A stretch of 47,407 nt of DNA from assembly GCA_033763905.1 (NCBI GenBank), contig JANRJP010000001.1, positions 1-47,407 on the forward strand, read 5' to 3'. Source of the DNA: Gemmatimonadaceae bacterium (GTDB taxonomy: Bacteria > Gemmatimonadota > Gemmatimonadetes > Gemmatimonadales > Gemmatimonadaceae). The notes under the pieces were generated by a model, which was given only the letters and a program-made list of their open reading frames with translations, ran no database searches and had not been told where the DNA came from. Below are positions 20,583-30,767 of this stretch, in pieces (the stretch's first letter is position 1; each line of letters opens with the position of its first letter). A program made the translations under genes and the position numbers.

Positions 20583-21314
20583 TCAACGGGCGAGGCCCCA
20601 GAGCATCGCCGCGAGGGCGCCGCCTGCCAGAGGCCCGACCACCGGAATCCACGCGTAGCTCCAGTCGCTGCTGCCCTTGCCGGCAATCGGCAGCAGCGCG
20701 TGCGCGATGCGCGGCCCCAGATCCCGTGCGGGGTTCACCGCGTAGCCCGTCGGTCCGCCGAGACTCAGGCCCACGCCCCAGACGAGCGCCGCCACAATGG
20801 TGGGGCCCAGCGCCGTTGCCCCGACCACGCCGTTGGTGGCGCCGTGCACGGCGGCATTCGCGACGAAGACCAACGCGCCGGTCGCAATCACTTCGCTGAT
20901 GAGGTTCGGCACCGTCGCGCGAATCGCGGGCGCATTGCAGAACACCGCCAGCTTGACGACGGGATCCTTGGTCTCGCGCCAATGCGCGAGATACAGCAGC
21001 CACACGAGCGTTGCGCCGACGATCGCGCCGAGGAATTGGGCCAGGATATGCAGCCCAGCGTCGGACACGCTACGGGCGCCCACGATCACGTTGGCCAGCG
21101 TCGCGGCGGGGTTGAGTTCGCCGGGCGCACCGAGGGCCTGTGCCACCAGAATGCCCAGCAACACGGCAATCGCCCAGCCGGTGGTGATCGCGACCCAGCC
21201 GGCGTCCTTCGCCTTGCTGCGCTCGAGTAGCACACCGGCCACGATCCCGTCGCCGAAGAGAATGAGCACGATCATCCCCACGAACTCGCCAAGCGCCGTC
21301 TGCATCGATTCCAC
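20583..21314 (-). CDS. glpF: MIP-family aquaglyceroporin (GlpF-like; alternative ATG at 21305)
   Basis: GEFVG..ILILFGDG, LNPA and GGPTGYAVNPARDLGPR, WIPVVGP. Confidence 0.88.
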   Translation of the reverse strand: MESMQTALGEFVGMIVLILFGDGIVAGVLLERSKAKDAGWVAITTGWAIAVLLGILVAQALGAPGELNPAATLANVIVGARSVSDAGLHILAQFLGAIVGATLVWLLYLAHWRETKDPVVKLAVFCNAPAIRATVPNLISEVIATGALVFVANAAVHGATNGVVGATALGPTIVAALVWGVGLSLGGPTGYAVNPARDLGPRIAHALLPIAGKGSSDWSYAWIPVVGPLAGGALAAMLWGLAR

Positions 21315-21353
21315 GTCGGTCGAAGGAGTTTTGTCGTTGGCGCGCGGCGCGCG

Positions 21354-22493
21354 CTAGGCGATCACCGGGAGGCGGCGTCGGCGCATCTGCGCGAGCAGCG
21401 CCGCGATCTCCGGATCTTCGTCCCGCGGGGCGCCGATCATTCCGCCGCCCAGCACGACATCGCCGGAATAGAGCACCGCGGCCTGCCCCGGCGCTACCGC
21501 GTCCACGGCGCTGTGCAGGACCAACTCGGCGCGATCATCCTGCAGCGACTGGATGGTGGCCGGCACCAAGGGGGCTCGGTGCCGAATCCGCACCTCCACG
21601 ACGTCGCCGACGCGGGGGGCGGGGTCGACCAACCAGTTGAGCCCGCGCACCGGCACGCGGGTCGCCGCCAGCGAGCTGCGCGGTCCGACGATCACGCGCC
21701 GCGTGGCGGGCTCGATGCGCGTGACGAACAGCGCCTCGCCAGCGCCCCCGGGGAGTCCCTTGCGCTGCCCGACCGTGAAGCGGGCGTAGCCGTCGTGCAT
21801 CCCGACGAGCCGTCCGTCCTCGTGCACGATCTCGCCGCGCTGCAGTGGCGCCGCCTCGCCGCCCAGATGTCGGCGGATCACCGCCAGGTGATCGCCGTCG
21901 GGCACGAAGCAGATGTCCTGGCTCTCGGGCTTGGTCGCCAGATGCAGGCCCGCGCGCGCCGCGGCATCGCGCGTCTCGGCCTTCGTCATCGTCCCTACGG
22001 GCATCATCAGCCGCGGGAGCACGGCGCGATCGATGCCCCACAGGAACCAGGTCTGGTCCTTCGCGTCGTCCGTGGCGCGGCAGAGCCGGCCGTCGTCGAT
22101 GCGGGCGTAATGACCCGTCGCAATCCAGCGTGCGCCGATCAAGTCGGCTTTGGCGACGAGATCGCGAAACTTGGTGAAGGTGTTGCAACGCGCGCAGGGC
22201 ACCGGCGTGCGCCCCGCGGCGTATTCGGCCACGAAGTCGTCGATGACATCCTCGCCGAAGCGGTCGGTGAGATTCACCACGTAGTGAGGAATGCCGAGCC
22301 GCTCCGCCACGCGGCGGGCGTCGTTCACGCTGTCGAGCGAGCAACAGGGGCGATCCGGCAAGTCGGTGCCGTCGGCGTGCAGCTTCATCGTGGCGCCGAC
22401 GACGTCGTACCCGCGCGCGACGAGCAGCGCGGCGGTCACCGACGAGTCGACGCCGCCCGACATCGCCACCAGCACTCGCTCGCGCGCGATCAT
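21354..22493 (-). CDS. mnmA: tRNA 2-thiouridylase MnmA
   Basis: [53 protein letters not shown]. Confidence 0.95.
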   Translation of the reverse strand: MIARERVLVAMSGGVDSSVTAALLVARGYDVVGATMKLHADGTDLPDRPCCSLDSVNDARRVAERLGIPHYVVNLTDRFGEDVIDDFVAEYAAGRTPVPCARCNTFTKFRDLVAKADLIGARWIATGHYARIDDGRLCRATDDAKDQTWFLWGIDRAVLPRLMMPVGTMTKAETRDAAARAGLHLATKPESQDICFVPDGDHLAVIRRHLGGEAAPLQRGEIVHEDGRLVGMHDGYARFTVGQRKGLPGGAGEALFVTRIEPATRRVIVGPRSSLAATRVPVRGLNWLVDPAPRVGDVVEVRIRHRAPLVPATIQSLQDDRAELVLHSAVDAVAPGQAAVLYSGDVVLGGGMIGAPRDEDPEIAALLAQMRRRRLPVIA

Positions 22494-23665
22494 TACCCCA
22501 GCAACGCGCCGAACTGTCGGGACTTTGCCACGGCGTCGGCGTAGGCTGCCGCCACGCGCGCCACCTGATCCGGCGAGTTCAACGATCCGAACGACACCCG
22601 GACGGCCGCGCCGGCGATGGAGGGCGACACCCCCATCGCGCCAAGCACGTGGCTGGGGTTGACGCTCCCGCTCTGGCAGGCGCTACCACCACTGGCGGCA
22701 ATGCCGGCGAGGTCCAGCGTCATCAGCAAGGCTTCGGTACTGGCGCCAGGCGCGGAGAGATTCGAGATGTGCGGCGCGCGCGGGCCGTGCTCGCCGTGCA
22801 CGATCACGTCGGGGACCAAGGCGCGGACCTGCGCCTCGAAGGCGTCGCGCAGGGACTGGAGCCGCGTCCACGTGGCCTCGCGTTCAGCGACGGCGAGCTC
22901 ACACGCCGTGGCGAGCGCGACGGCCGCCCCGACGTTCTCGGTGCCGGGTCGACGGCCGCGCTCCTGCGTGCCGCCCACCAGCAACGGAGAGAAGGGAGTC
23001 CCGCGGCGCACGTACAGCGCCCCGATGCCCTTGGGGGCTCCGAGCTTGTGGCCCGAGATCGCGAGCATATCCACCGGTACCTCGCGCACGTCGATCGCCA
23101 CTTTGCCGAAGGCCTGCACCGCGTCGGTGTGCATCACCACGCCCGCTGCCTTGGCGATCGCCGCGAGGTCGGCAATGGGTTGCACCGTCCCCACTTCGTT
23201 GTTGATCCACATCAGCGATGCCACGGCCGTTCCGGCGCCGAGTGCCGCACGGGCCGCGTCGAGATCGACCACGCCGTCGTGGTCGACGACAAACTGCTGT
23301 TCGGCAAAGCCGTGCACGCGCGCCGCGGCGTGCACGGCTTCGAGCACGGCCTTGTGCTCGGTCGGACCGCAGATGATGGTGCGCCGCGCGGGCGTCACGT
23401 CGCGGATGGCGAGCGCGGTGCACACCACGGCGGTGTTGTCGCCTTCGGTGCCGCCGGAGGTGAAGATGATCTCGTCGCCTCGGGCCCCGAGGCAGGCGGC
23501 CACGCGCTCGCGCGCTTCGTCGAGTGCGGCGCGGGCTTCGCGTCCCCAACGGTGCACGCTCGAGGGGTTGCCGAACCGCTCGCTCAGGTACGGCTGCATC
23601 GCCGCGAGCACGTCCGGGCGCACCGGCGTCGTCGCCGCGTGGTCGAGATAGATGAACTCCGACAT
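22493..23665 (-). CDS. iscS: Cysteine desulfurase (IscS/NifS type)
   Basis: [44 protein letters not shown]; stop overlaps the mnmA start. Confidence 0.92.
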   Translation of the reverse strand: MSEFIYLDHAATTPVRPDVLAAMQPYLSERFGNPSSVHRWGREARAALDEARERVAACLGARGDEIIFTSGGTEGDNTAVVCTALAIRDVTPARRTIICGPTEHKAVLEAVHAAARVHGFAEQQFVVDHDGVVDLDAARAALGAGTAVASLMWINNEVGTVQPIADLAAIAKAAGVVMHTDAVQAFGKVAIDVREVPVDMLAISGHKLGAPKGIGALYVRRGTPFSPLLVGGTQERGRRPGTENVGAAVALATACELAVAEREATWTRLQSLRDAFEAQVRALVPDVIVHGEHGPRAPHISNLSAPGASTEALLMTLDLAGIAASGGSACQSGSVNPSHVLGAMGVSPSIAGAAVRVSFGSLNSPDQVARVAAAYADAVAKSRQFGALLG

Positions 23666-23696
23666 CTCAGGAATCTACGGCAGAAGGAGGGCGGGT

Positions 23697-24479
23697 TCAG
23701 CCGGTGGGGGCGTGAAAGCGCTGGCGGACCCGCCAGAGCTCGGGAAAGAACTTGAGGGCCGTGGTGCGGTGCAGATACCCGGCCCCAAGCGTGCCGCCGG
23801 TCCCCGAGGTCATCGGCCCGAGGATGCGCTCGACGAGTTGCATATGCAGGAATCGCCAGCGGGCGAACTCCTGCTCGAATGCCAGAAGGGCCTCGGCGAG
23901 AAAGTACAGCGTCCCCGGCCCGGGCCCCGTGTAGAGCGCCTCGAGCGGCGTCTGTTCCCGCGCCAGCAGCGCAAGAAAGCGCGCTTCGAGGGTCGGCGCG
24001 TCGAGGTGTTCCTGGATCTCTGGCGGGATCGGGCCGTGCTTGCTCACCAGTTCGACGAACGCGGGCTCGCGCCGGCCGCTCGCGGCTTCGAGAATGCGAA
24101 ATTGCAGACTCTGTTGCCCACTGCTCGTCCCCAAGTGACCGCGGAACTCGGCGAAGCGCTGGGGCGGCAGGGTATCGAGGCTCGCGAGCTGTTCCGATAC
24201 GATGCGCATCAGCCGATTGATGCGCTCGACGTGCCAGAGCGCGCGTTCGGCATCGCCCGCCTCCAACTGCCGGACGAGCTGCCGCTGTTCGAACAGGATG
24301 ACCTTGAACCACAGCTCGCTCGACTGGTGCACCACGATGAAGAGCAGTTCGTCGGGGTGGTCCGACAGCGGGTGCTGCAGTTGCAGCAAGGTGTCGAGTG
24401 CGAGGTAGCTGCCGTAGGTCGGCCCGGCGTCTTGGCCGGCGGTCGGATCACCGGGAGGGGTGGGGGCAGTCGCAGACAC
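23697..24479 (-). CDS. kynA: Tryptophan 2,3-dioxygenase (start approximate)
   Basis: YGSYLALDTLLQLQ, DELLFIVVHQSSELWFK, FRGHLGTSSG.QS.QFR, WRFLH...VERILG..GTGG, FFPELW. Confidence 0.88.
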   Translation of the reverse strand: MSATAPTPPGDPTAGQDAGPTYGSYLALDTLLQLQHPLSDHPDELLFIVVHQSSELWFKVILFEQRQLVRQLEAGDAERALWHVERINRLMRIVSEQLASLDTLPPQRFAEFRGHLGTSSGQQSLQFRILEAASGRREPAFVELVSKHGPIPPEIQEHLDAPTLEARFLALLAREQTPLEALYTGPGPGTLYFLAEALLAFEQEFARWRFLHMQLVERILGPMTSGTGGTLGAGYLHRTTALKFFPELWRVRQRFHAPTG

Positions 24480-24578
24480 GGACGGGGGATCGACGGGGAA
24501 CGGCGGGGCGGAATACCCCACTCCGTGGAATGATACCGGGTTGCCGCGAAGCCGCATCTCTGGCGGTAGTTTTCGGGG

Positions 24579-25022
24579 ATGCCAAGCCCTCGTCCCGACC
24601 CCTTGACCCGCGGTCTCTTCGCGCTCTTTGCGCTGGGGGTCGGCGGCACACTGGCGGACCTGCTTTTTGAGCAGCACTGGAAGGAATGGACGCAGTGGCC
24701 GCCGCTGGTGCTCTTGGCGCTTGGTCTGTTGGCGGTCGTGTGGCACGCCGTCGAGGGGAGTGCCGCGTCCCGCCGCGGGATCGCGATCGCGAGTTGGGCC
24801 TTCGTTCCCTCGGCGTTGGCGGGGTGGTTCTTCCATCTACGCGCCAACGTGGAGTGGGCCCGGGACGACGCACCGGACCTGAGCGGTTGGCCCCTCATCA
24901 AGGACACCATATTCGGCACGCTCCCCACCCTCGCGCCCGGCGCGATGCTATACCTTGGGTTGATCGGATTGCTCTACGTGCGCAGTCATTCGACGGCGCA
25001 CCGTTCGGACACTCACTCGTGA
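24579..25022 (+). CDS. Hypothetical 4-TM membrane protein
   Basis: Four hydrophobic segments, conserved-looking HW.EWTQW and PTLAPGAM; abuts the next gene. Confidence 0.7.
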   Translation: MPSPRPDPLTRGLFALFALGVGGTLADLLFEQHWKEWTQWPPLVLLALGLLAVVWHAVEGSAASRRGIAIASWAFVPSALAGWFFHLRANVEWARDDAPDLSGWPLIKDTIFGTLPTLAPGAMLYLGLIGLLYVRSHSTAHRSDTHS

Positions 25023-25027
25023 ATCGT

Positions 25028-25666
25028 ATGCGCGCGACTGCTGTGCTCTTCGTCCTGTCCACGCTCCTTGCCGCGCCGGCCTCGGCGCAAGTGGGCAAGG
25101 GTCTGCTCGACCTCAACACCGCCACCGAAGCCGAGCTCACCGGCGCGGTCGGTCTGTCGGCCGATGCGGCCAAGGCCTTGATGGCCAAGCGGCCCTACGC
25201 GTCGATCGTCGACGCGGATGCGGTGCTGAAGGCGTCGCTCGACAGTGCGGCCCGTGTGGCAGTGTACAAGAAGGCGTTCATTCACCTCAACTTGAACGCG
25301 GCGACCGATGCGGAACTGGCCTTGATTCCCGATGCCGGGCGCCGGACGATCGGCGAAATGAAGGAGTATCGGCCGTACGACGGATTTGCGAAGTTCCGCA
25401 AGGAACTCGGCAAGTACCGCTTCATCCGCGAGAAGGAAGGGGAGCTCGATCGCCTCGTTAGCTACGTGTTCATTCCGATGGATCTGAACACCGCGAGCGA
25501 CGACGATCTCAAGACGATTCCCGGCCTCGGCGCGCGGATGCTGCGCGAGTTCAAGGAATACCGTCCGTACGACGGGATGGCGAAGTTCCGCAAGGAGGTT
25601 GCGAAGTACGTGCCGGCGACCGAGGTGGAGCGGCTGGCGCGGTATGTGGACGTGCGCGGGAAGTAA
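25028..25666 (+). CDS. Exported helix-hairpin-helix (ComEA-like) repeat protein
   Basis: Signal peptide ending ASA-Q; three LNTA/LNAA HhH units; duplicated KEYRPYDG[FM]AKFRKE. Confidence 0.8.
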   Translation: MRATAVLFVLSTLLAAPASAQVGKGLLDLNTATEAELTGAVGLSADAAKALMAKRPYASIVDADAVLKASLDSAARVAVYKKAFIHLNLNAATDAELALIPDAGRRTIGEMKEYRPYDGFAKFRKELGKYRFIREKEGELDRLVSYVFIPMDLNTASDDDLKTIPGLGARMLREFKEYRPYDGMAKFRKEVAKYVPATEVERLARYVDVRGK

Positions 25667-25683
25667 GGCGTAGCGCCGTCACC

Positions 25684-25717
25684 ATCGCCCCCGGGGACTT
25701 CGGTTCCCGGGGGCGAT
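25684..25717 (+). terminator. Intrinsic terminator-like hairpin
   Basis: atcgcccccggg-gac-TTCG-gtt-cccgggggcgat, followed by tgtcgttt, just after the HhH gene stop. Confidence 0.75.
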
Positions 25718-25746
25718 TGTCGTTTGCGTTAAGACATTCTTTTGCA

Positions 25747-25774
25747 CTCAGTTTCCGGACCGGCGGGCCGATAT
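25747..25774 (+). promoter_or_regulatory. Sigma28 (FliA)-like promoter
   Basis: TCAG-N15-GCCGATAT, close to the TAAA-N15-GCCGATAA consensus, about 46 bp upstream of an MCP gene. Confidence 0.55.
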
Positions 25775-25820
25775 CACCGTGTGAGCTGTCGTACGCACTT
25801 TCTCACACTGCTGCCCGCTA

Positions 25821-27764
25821 ATGCTTTCGTCCCTGCCGTTCCGGCGCAAAATGCTTGCGCTGCCTGTCGTCGCAGGTGTTGGTCTTGTGGTGTTACTTGG
25901 CGTCGCTGGGTGGGCGTCGTGGCGGGTGTCGCAGTCGCTGGAGTCCATCGCCAGCGGCACTCGCACGGCCGACGCGTCGCGCACGATGCAGGAAACCGCC
26001 GATTCGTACCAGCGCGCGTTGCGTGACGCCGTCCAGGCGGCCGATTCCACGGCGTTGGCGACGGCGGACTCGATCGGGACCGCGTTCCTTGCCGCCGCGG
26101 CTGTCGCCGAAGCAGCGCACATCGACGCCGGTCAGGCCGACAGCCTCAGCGCGCGGTTCCGCGCGTATCAGCAGCTCGCGCGCCAGACGACGGTCGAGAT
26201 GATCGCCGGCACGCTCGGCGACCGAGCGAGCGAAGCCCTCCCTGCGATGGCGACCGCGAGCAAGGCGATCCGTCAGGCGGTCGCGGACCAAGCGGCGGCC
26301 GACGCCCGCGCGACCGCGGCGGCATTCGATGCCGCGTCGCAGGTGCGCTCGAGTGCCGCGATGGTGCTCGTCGTCGTCGGCCTCGTCGTCCTGCTCGGCC
26401 TGTGGTGGATCTCCCGCCGCGTCGCGCGAGACGTGTTGCGCGCCGTCGAGGAGCTCTCAGAGGCCGCGGGCAAGCTTGCGCACGGCGACCTGAGCACGGT
26501 CGTCGCGTATCAGTCCAACGATGAGCTCGGCCGCCTGGCCGACGCGTTCCGCGGGATGCTCACCTATTTGACGGACGTGGCGAGCACGGCGAACCGCCTC
26601 GCGGCCGGCGACGTCTCGGCGACCATCGTGCCGCGCTCGAACGCCGATGTACTGTCGGCCAACCTCGCGCGGGCGATCAGCACCCTGCAGGGCATTGTCG
26701 CCGAGCTTGACCGCCTGATCCGTGCGGCGCAGCGGGGCGACCTGCAGCAGCGTGGCGCCGTGGACCGCTTCGACGGGGCCTACCGCGCCCTGGTGGCGGG
26801 CACGAACGAGATGCTCGACGCGGTGTCCGCCCCGGTGCGCGAGACGGCGAACGTCCTGTCGGCGATTGCCGCGCGGGATCTGAGCGTGCAGTCCGATGCG
26901 ACGTTCGACGGCGCATTCGCCGAGCAGCACGACGCCCTCCGCGCGGCGTTGAGCGAACTCAACGGCACACTGTCTCGGATGCGCGAGTCGGCGGATCGCG
27001 TCGCGGCGGGCTCCGGCGAGATCGCCGCGGGCGCCCAGGATCTCGCGACCGGTGCCAGCGAGCAGGCGGCGAGTATCGAGTCGGTGACGCACAAGGTGCA
27101 GTTGGTCGAACAGCGCGTGCGCGACAACACGGCGAGTGCCGGAGAGGCGCAGCGCGTGGTGCACGCAGCGGCGGCCGCCACGACCACCGGCACAGCCGAG
27201 GTCGAGCAGCTTGGGCGTGCAGTCGACGCGATCAAGGCCTCGGCCGACCAGACGGCACGCATCGTCCGCACGATCGACGAGATCGCGTTCCAGACGAACC
27301 TGCTCGCGCTGAACGCGGCGGTCGAAGCCGCGCGCGCCGGCGACGCCGGGCGCGGCTTCGCGGTGGTGGCTGAAGAAGTCCGGGCCCTGGCAGGTCGTTC
27401 GGCCGCCGCCGCGCGGCAGACGGCGGAGCTGATCGAACAGAGTGTCCGCGCCGCCGACCAGGGCGTGCACATCAATGGCGATGTTCGCTCCCGCTTCACC
27501 GAGATTCGCTCTGGCGTCGAGCAGGCGACGGCGGTCATTGCCCTCATCGCCGAAAAGACGGCCGAGCAACAGCACGATCTGGCCGACATCACCGCGGCGG
27601 TCTCGCAGATGTCGGTGCTCACCCAGCGTACGGCTGCCAATGCAGAAGAAGCGGCCAGTGCAGCGGCGGAGATGTCCTCGGCCGCCGAGGCGATGCGCGA
27701 GCTCGCCTCACAGTTCACGCTCGACGAACACTCGTCCTCGCGCCGCTTCGGGCGCGCCGCCTGA
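25821..27764 (+). CDS. Methyl-accepting chemotaxis protein (2 TM, HAMP repeats)
   Basis: [37 protein letters not shown] hairpin tip; HAMP motif [10 protein letters not shown]. Confidence 0.95.
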   Translation: MLSSLPFRRKMLALPVVAGVGLVVLLGVAGWASWRVSQSLESIASGTRTADASRTMQETADSYQRALRDAVQAADSTALATADSIGTAFLAAAAVAEAAHIDAGQADSLSARFRAYQQLARQTTVEMIAGTLGDRASEALPAMATASKAIRQAVADQAAADARATAAAFDAASQVRSSAAMVLVVVGLVVLLGLWWISRRVARDVLRAVEELSEAAGKLAHGDLSTVVAYQSNDELGRLADAFRGMLTYLTDVASTANRLAAGDVSATIVPRSNADVLSANLARAISTLQGIVAELDRLIRAAQRGDLQQRGAVDRFDGAYRALVAGTNEMLDAVSAPVRETANVLSAIAARDLSVQSDATFDGAFAEQHDALRAALSELNGTLSRMRESADRVAAGSGEIAAGAQDLATGASEQAASIESVTHKVQLVEQRVRDNTASAGEAQRVVHAAAAATTTGTAEVEQLGRAVDAIKASADQTARIVRTIDEIAFQTNLLALNAAVEAARAGDAGRGFAVVAEEVRALAGRSAAAARQTAELIEQSVRAADQGVHINGDVRSRFTEIRSGVEQATAVIALIAEKTAEQQHDLADITAAVSQMSVLTQRTAANAEEAASAAAEMSSAAEAMRELASQFTLDEHSSSRRFGRAA

Positions 27765-27781
27765 CCCTCACCTCACGACCG

Positions 27782-28903
27782 ATGCACTCCCCACACCGAA
27801 TGCTCCGCCCACTGCTGGTCGCGATTGCACTACTCGGCGTCGTCACCCCGGCGCGCGCGCAGTTCAACGCGGACAAGCTCGAGATCCACGGCGCCATCAA
27901 TGCGGCCTACGGCCGCTCCGAGCAGCTGCCGATCCTGGGTCTCAGCTCGTCCCCGACGTCGGACTACCGCAACCTGATGCTGCAGTTCCGCTACCACACG
28001 AACGAGACCGATCAGGTCGTGGTCCAGCTCCTCAACCGTCGCCTCGGGACGAGTCCGCTGCAGGCGGCGCTTCCCGACGTGGCGCTGCATTGGGGCTACT
28101 GGCAGCATCGCGGCGAGTGGGCCACCGTCAAGATCGGCCGCGCGCCGATGCCGCGTGGTCTCTTCAACGAGACGCGCTTCGTCGGCACGGTGCTTCCGCT
28201 GTACCGTCCGAGCTTCGAGATCTACGGCGAGGGGCGCGAGACCGTGGACGGCATCGTCGGGACGAAGCGCTTCGCGCTTGGCGGGCGATCCTCGTTGCTG
28301 GTGCACGCCTTCGCCGGCTCCAACGAGGTCCGGACGCAGGTGGTCACGGCGACGGGCAACTCGATTCGCGCGTTCCGCGGCGAGCGACTCGTCGGCAGCC
28401 AACTCTGGGTGATGTTGCCCTTCTACGACACCAAGGTCGGCGCGTACGGTGCGCGCTACGACAACAACTCGGTGACGCCCAACGGCGAGCGCGGCGAATA
28501 CCTGTTCTCGGCCGAGTCGCAGCTGCCCAAGGTGACGGTGCGCGCGGAGGCCTTGCGCATCTACGGCCAGGGGCCGAATCAGGATCGCCGCAGTTCGAGC
28601 GGGCAGGGGGTCGTGCACGCCACCGATTGGCTCGACGTCGTGGGTGAGTACTCGATGACTCGCAACGTGGTGTTTCAAGCAGCGCCGCTGGTCAACGTGG
28701 ACGTCACGGCGACCCGCGACGCAGCGGCCGGCTTGACCGTGCGGCTGCCGAACAGTTCGCTAGTGCGCGTCGAGTATCACGAGACCCGCGGCTTCGCCTT
28801 CGACCGGCTCGTGCCCTTCCTGACCACCGTTGCCAACGTCACGAGTGTTGCCGCGCCGTCGCGCACGGCGTACTGGCTCGCGTCGTTCGCCGTCAGCTTC
28901 TGA
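27782..28903 (+). CDS. Porin-like outer membrane beta-barrel protein
   Basis: Signal peptide, alternating aromatic beta strands, KIGR.P.P.GLFNETRFVG, C-terminal ASFAVSF (terminal Phe). Confidence 0.7.
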   Translation: MHSPHRMLRPLLVAIALLGVVTPARAQFNADKLEIHGAINAAYGRSEQLPILGLSSSPTSDYRNLMLQFRYHTNETDQVVVQLLNRRLGTSPLQAALPDVALHWGYWQHRGEWATVKIGRAPMPRGLFNETRFVGTVLPLYRPSFEIYGEGRETVDGIVGTKRFALGGRSSLLVHAFAGSNEVRTQVVTATGNSIRAFRGERLVGSQLWVMLPFYDTKVGAYGARYDNNSVTPNGERGEYLFSAESQLPKVTVRAEALRIYGQGPNQDRRSSSGQGVVHATDWLDVVGEYSMTRNVVFQAAPLVNVDVTATRDAAAGLTVRLPNSSLVRVEYHETRGFAFDRLVPFLTTVANVTSVAAPSRTAYWLASFAVSF

Positions 28904-28914
28904 GGACCTTCCCA

Positions 28915-29340
28915 ATGCGAATTCAGTTGCTGTGTGCCAGCCTGTTGCTGGCGGTGGCCCCGGTCGTTGCGCAGGCGCAGGGTGAGTTCAAGATCGTGGT
29001 CAACAGCGCCAGCGCCGTGAGCGAGCTGACCGAAGCGGAAGTGTCGAACGTGTTTCTGAAGAAGGTCGGAAAGTTTCCCGGCGGCGCGGCGGCGGCGCCC
29101 GTCGATCAGGGCAAAGCCAGCGCGGTGCGTGCGGCCTTCTCGAAGAAGGTGCACGGACGACCGGTGACGGCCGTCGATGCCTACTGGCAGCAGCAGATCT
29201 TCTCGGGTGGCGAGTCGCCGCCGCCCGCCAAGGCGTCCGACGACGAAGTGTTGGCCTTTGTGAAGGCGAACCCCTCGGCGATCGGATACGTCAGCGCCGC
29301 CGCATCGACGGCTGGCGTCAAGGTCATCACGCTCAAATAA
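28915..29340 (+). CDS. Small periplasmic binding-protein-like (PstS-related single domain) protein
   Basis: Signal peptide; IVVN..S....LT..EV.NVFL, YWQQQIFSG..SPP, VLAFV..NP.AIGYV. Confidence 0.75.
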   Translation: MRIQLLCASLLLAVAPVVAQAQGEFKIVVNSASAVSELTEAEVSNVFLKKVGKFPGGAAAAPVDQGKASAVRAAFSKKVHGRPVTAVDAYWQQQIFSGGESPPPAKASDDEVLAFVKANPSAIGYVSAAASTAGVKVITLK

Positions 29341-29356
29341 CTACCGTACTCGACCC

Positions 29357-29785
29357 ATGGCACAGACGCTCTATTCCGCTCCCGGTATCTGCTCGGCCAC
29401 CTTCGATGCGTTGCGGGGCGTGATCACCGCGACGTGGCACAAGTTCCCTGGTGACGGGCACTTCAAGCCGAGCCTCGACGCGCAGGCGAAGCTGGTGGCG
29501 AGCGGGCAGGCGAAGTACGTCATCGTGGATGTCCGCACGACGGTTGGCGTGCCGGCCGCTGACGATCAGGAGTACTTGGTGAAGACGATCTTCCCGGCGT
29601 ACAAGCGCGGTGGGCTGCGGGCGATCATCACGCTGGTGCCGGCATCGGCACTCACCAGGCTGGGCGCGAAGCGCTGGCAGGACAGCGGGGCTGGTTTCGG
29701 CTTCCAGATGTTCGAGGCCGGCTCACCCGCCGACGCCGAGGCACTCTTGGCCGAAACCTATCCCGACTTCAGAAAGGCGGCGTAG
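29357..29785 (+). CDS. Hypothetical protein, possibly STAS/SpoIIAA-like alpha/beta domain
   Basis: Host-like codon usage; pattern ATW...VIVDVR...DQEYL...GLRAIITLVP...F....AEA. Confidence 0.55.
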   Translation: MAQTLYSAPGICSATFDALRGVITATWHKFPGDGHFKPSLDAQAKLVASGQAKYVIVDVRTTVGVPAADDQEYLVKTIFPAYKRGGLRAIITLVPASALTRLGAKRWQDSGAGFGFQMFEAGSPADAEALLAETYPDFRKAA

Positions 29786-29821
29786 CGTTCGCGCGCAGCG
29801 AGGCGAGCCAGCGGCCCGAGG

Positions 29822-30760
29822 TCAGGAGACCTTGAGCAGCTGGCTCGCCTTCTGCTGGACGGCCTGCGCGAGCACCTGTTCGCTGAAGCCGCAGAGGAAC
29901 CCGACCATGACCGCGAGGAGCGGTCGCTGCAGGACAGCGGCGCTGCTGACATCGCCGATCGCGACCGTCGCGAGCTTGCCGTGGAACATCAGGGCGAGCA
30001 CGGTGGTGAGAATCATCGCGAACGCGAGTCGGAACTTGGGCGTCAGATAGTCGCGCTCGGGGAGCGTGAGATCCTCGAAGTCGTATGCCGTCTTCCGCGC
30101 GGCGAACGAGACCCAGACGCCGGCGGCGCAGGCCGCCAGCAGATAGCCGATCGTGCCGACGAGCGGGCTGACCCCGTATCGCGGCCCCGAGACGGTACCG
30201 AACACACCAACGAGGGCGGCGAGCACGCCGACGCGCAGACACGCATAGCCCAGCGCCTGCATATGGGCCTGCTTGAGCCGCGTGGCTTCCCGTTCGACAA
30301 CGTCGGTGCGGAACTGTTCGAGCATCCGCTTGGCGAGTCCGGGTACCGGGCTGGCGCCGGCGAGCCCGGACTTGGCGAGGGCCAGGAGCGTGTTGAATCG
30401 CTGGCGAAAGACCGCGTCCTGGCCGCGGTAGATCACGCGCAGCGCCGATAGCGTGCGTTCGACGAGTAGCACCAGCTGCTGCTGTTCGTCGGAGGGCGTG
30501 GCACCGGGAATGACGCTCATCGCGATGTCGTCGTCGCCACGCTGGTGCACGAGCATCGTGCCCGGGGGCTGCGGATCGCCAGGGGACAGGGGCGGTGGCT
30601 CGAGTCCTCGCGTGCCAACGGCCTGCGTCGCCGGCGTGGGCAGGGATGCGCTACGTGCTGCCACGGCATCGAGATCGGCGAGCAGTGCGGTGTCGTGGGC
30701 GACCTTGACCGGCTTGGCGGCGAGTTCGTCTCGGAGTGCCTGCAGGGTGGGCGGCAGCAT
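29822..30760 (-). CDS. Hypothetical protein: N-terminal helix, Pro-rich linker, helical domain, about 4 TM with GFLCGFSE motif
   Basis: 312-aa ORF starting 7 bp after the nSTAND gene stop; four C-terminal hydrophobic segments. Confidence 0.75.
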   Translation of the reverse strand: MLPPTLQALRDELAAKPVKVAHDTALLADLDAVAARSASLPTPATQAVGTRGLEPPPLSPGDPQPPGTMLVHQRGDDDIAMSVIPGATPSDEQQQLVLLVERTLSALRVIYRGQDAVFRQRFNTLLALAKSGLAGASPVPGLAKRMLEQFRTDVVEREATRLKQAHMQALGYACLRVGVLAALVGVFGTVSGPRYGVSPLVGTIGYLLAACAAGVWVSFAARKTAYDFEDLTLPERDYLTPKFRLAFAMILTTVLALMFHGKLATVAIGDVSSAAVLQRPLLAVMVGFLCGFSEQVLAQAVQQKASQLLKVS

Positions 30761-30767
30761 CGGGGGA

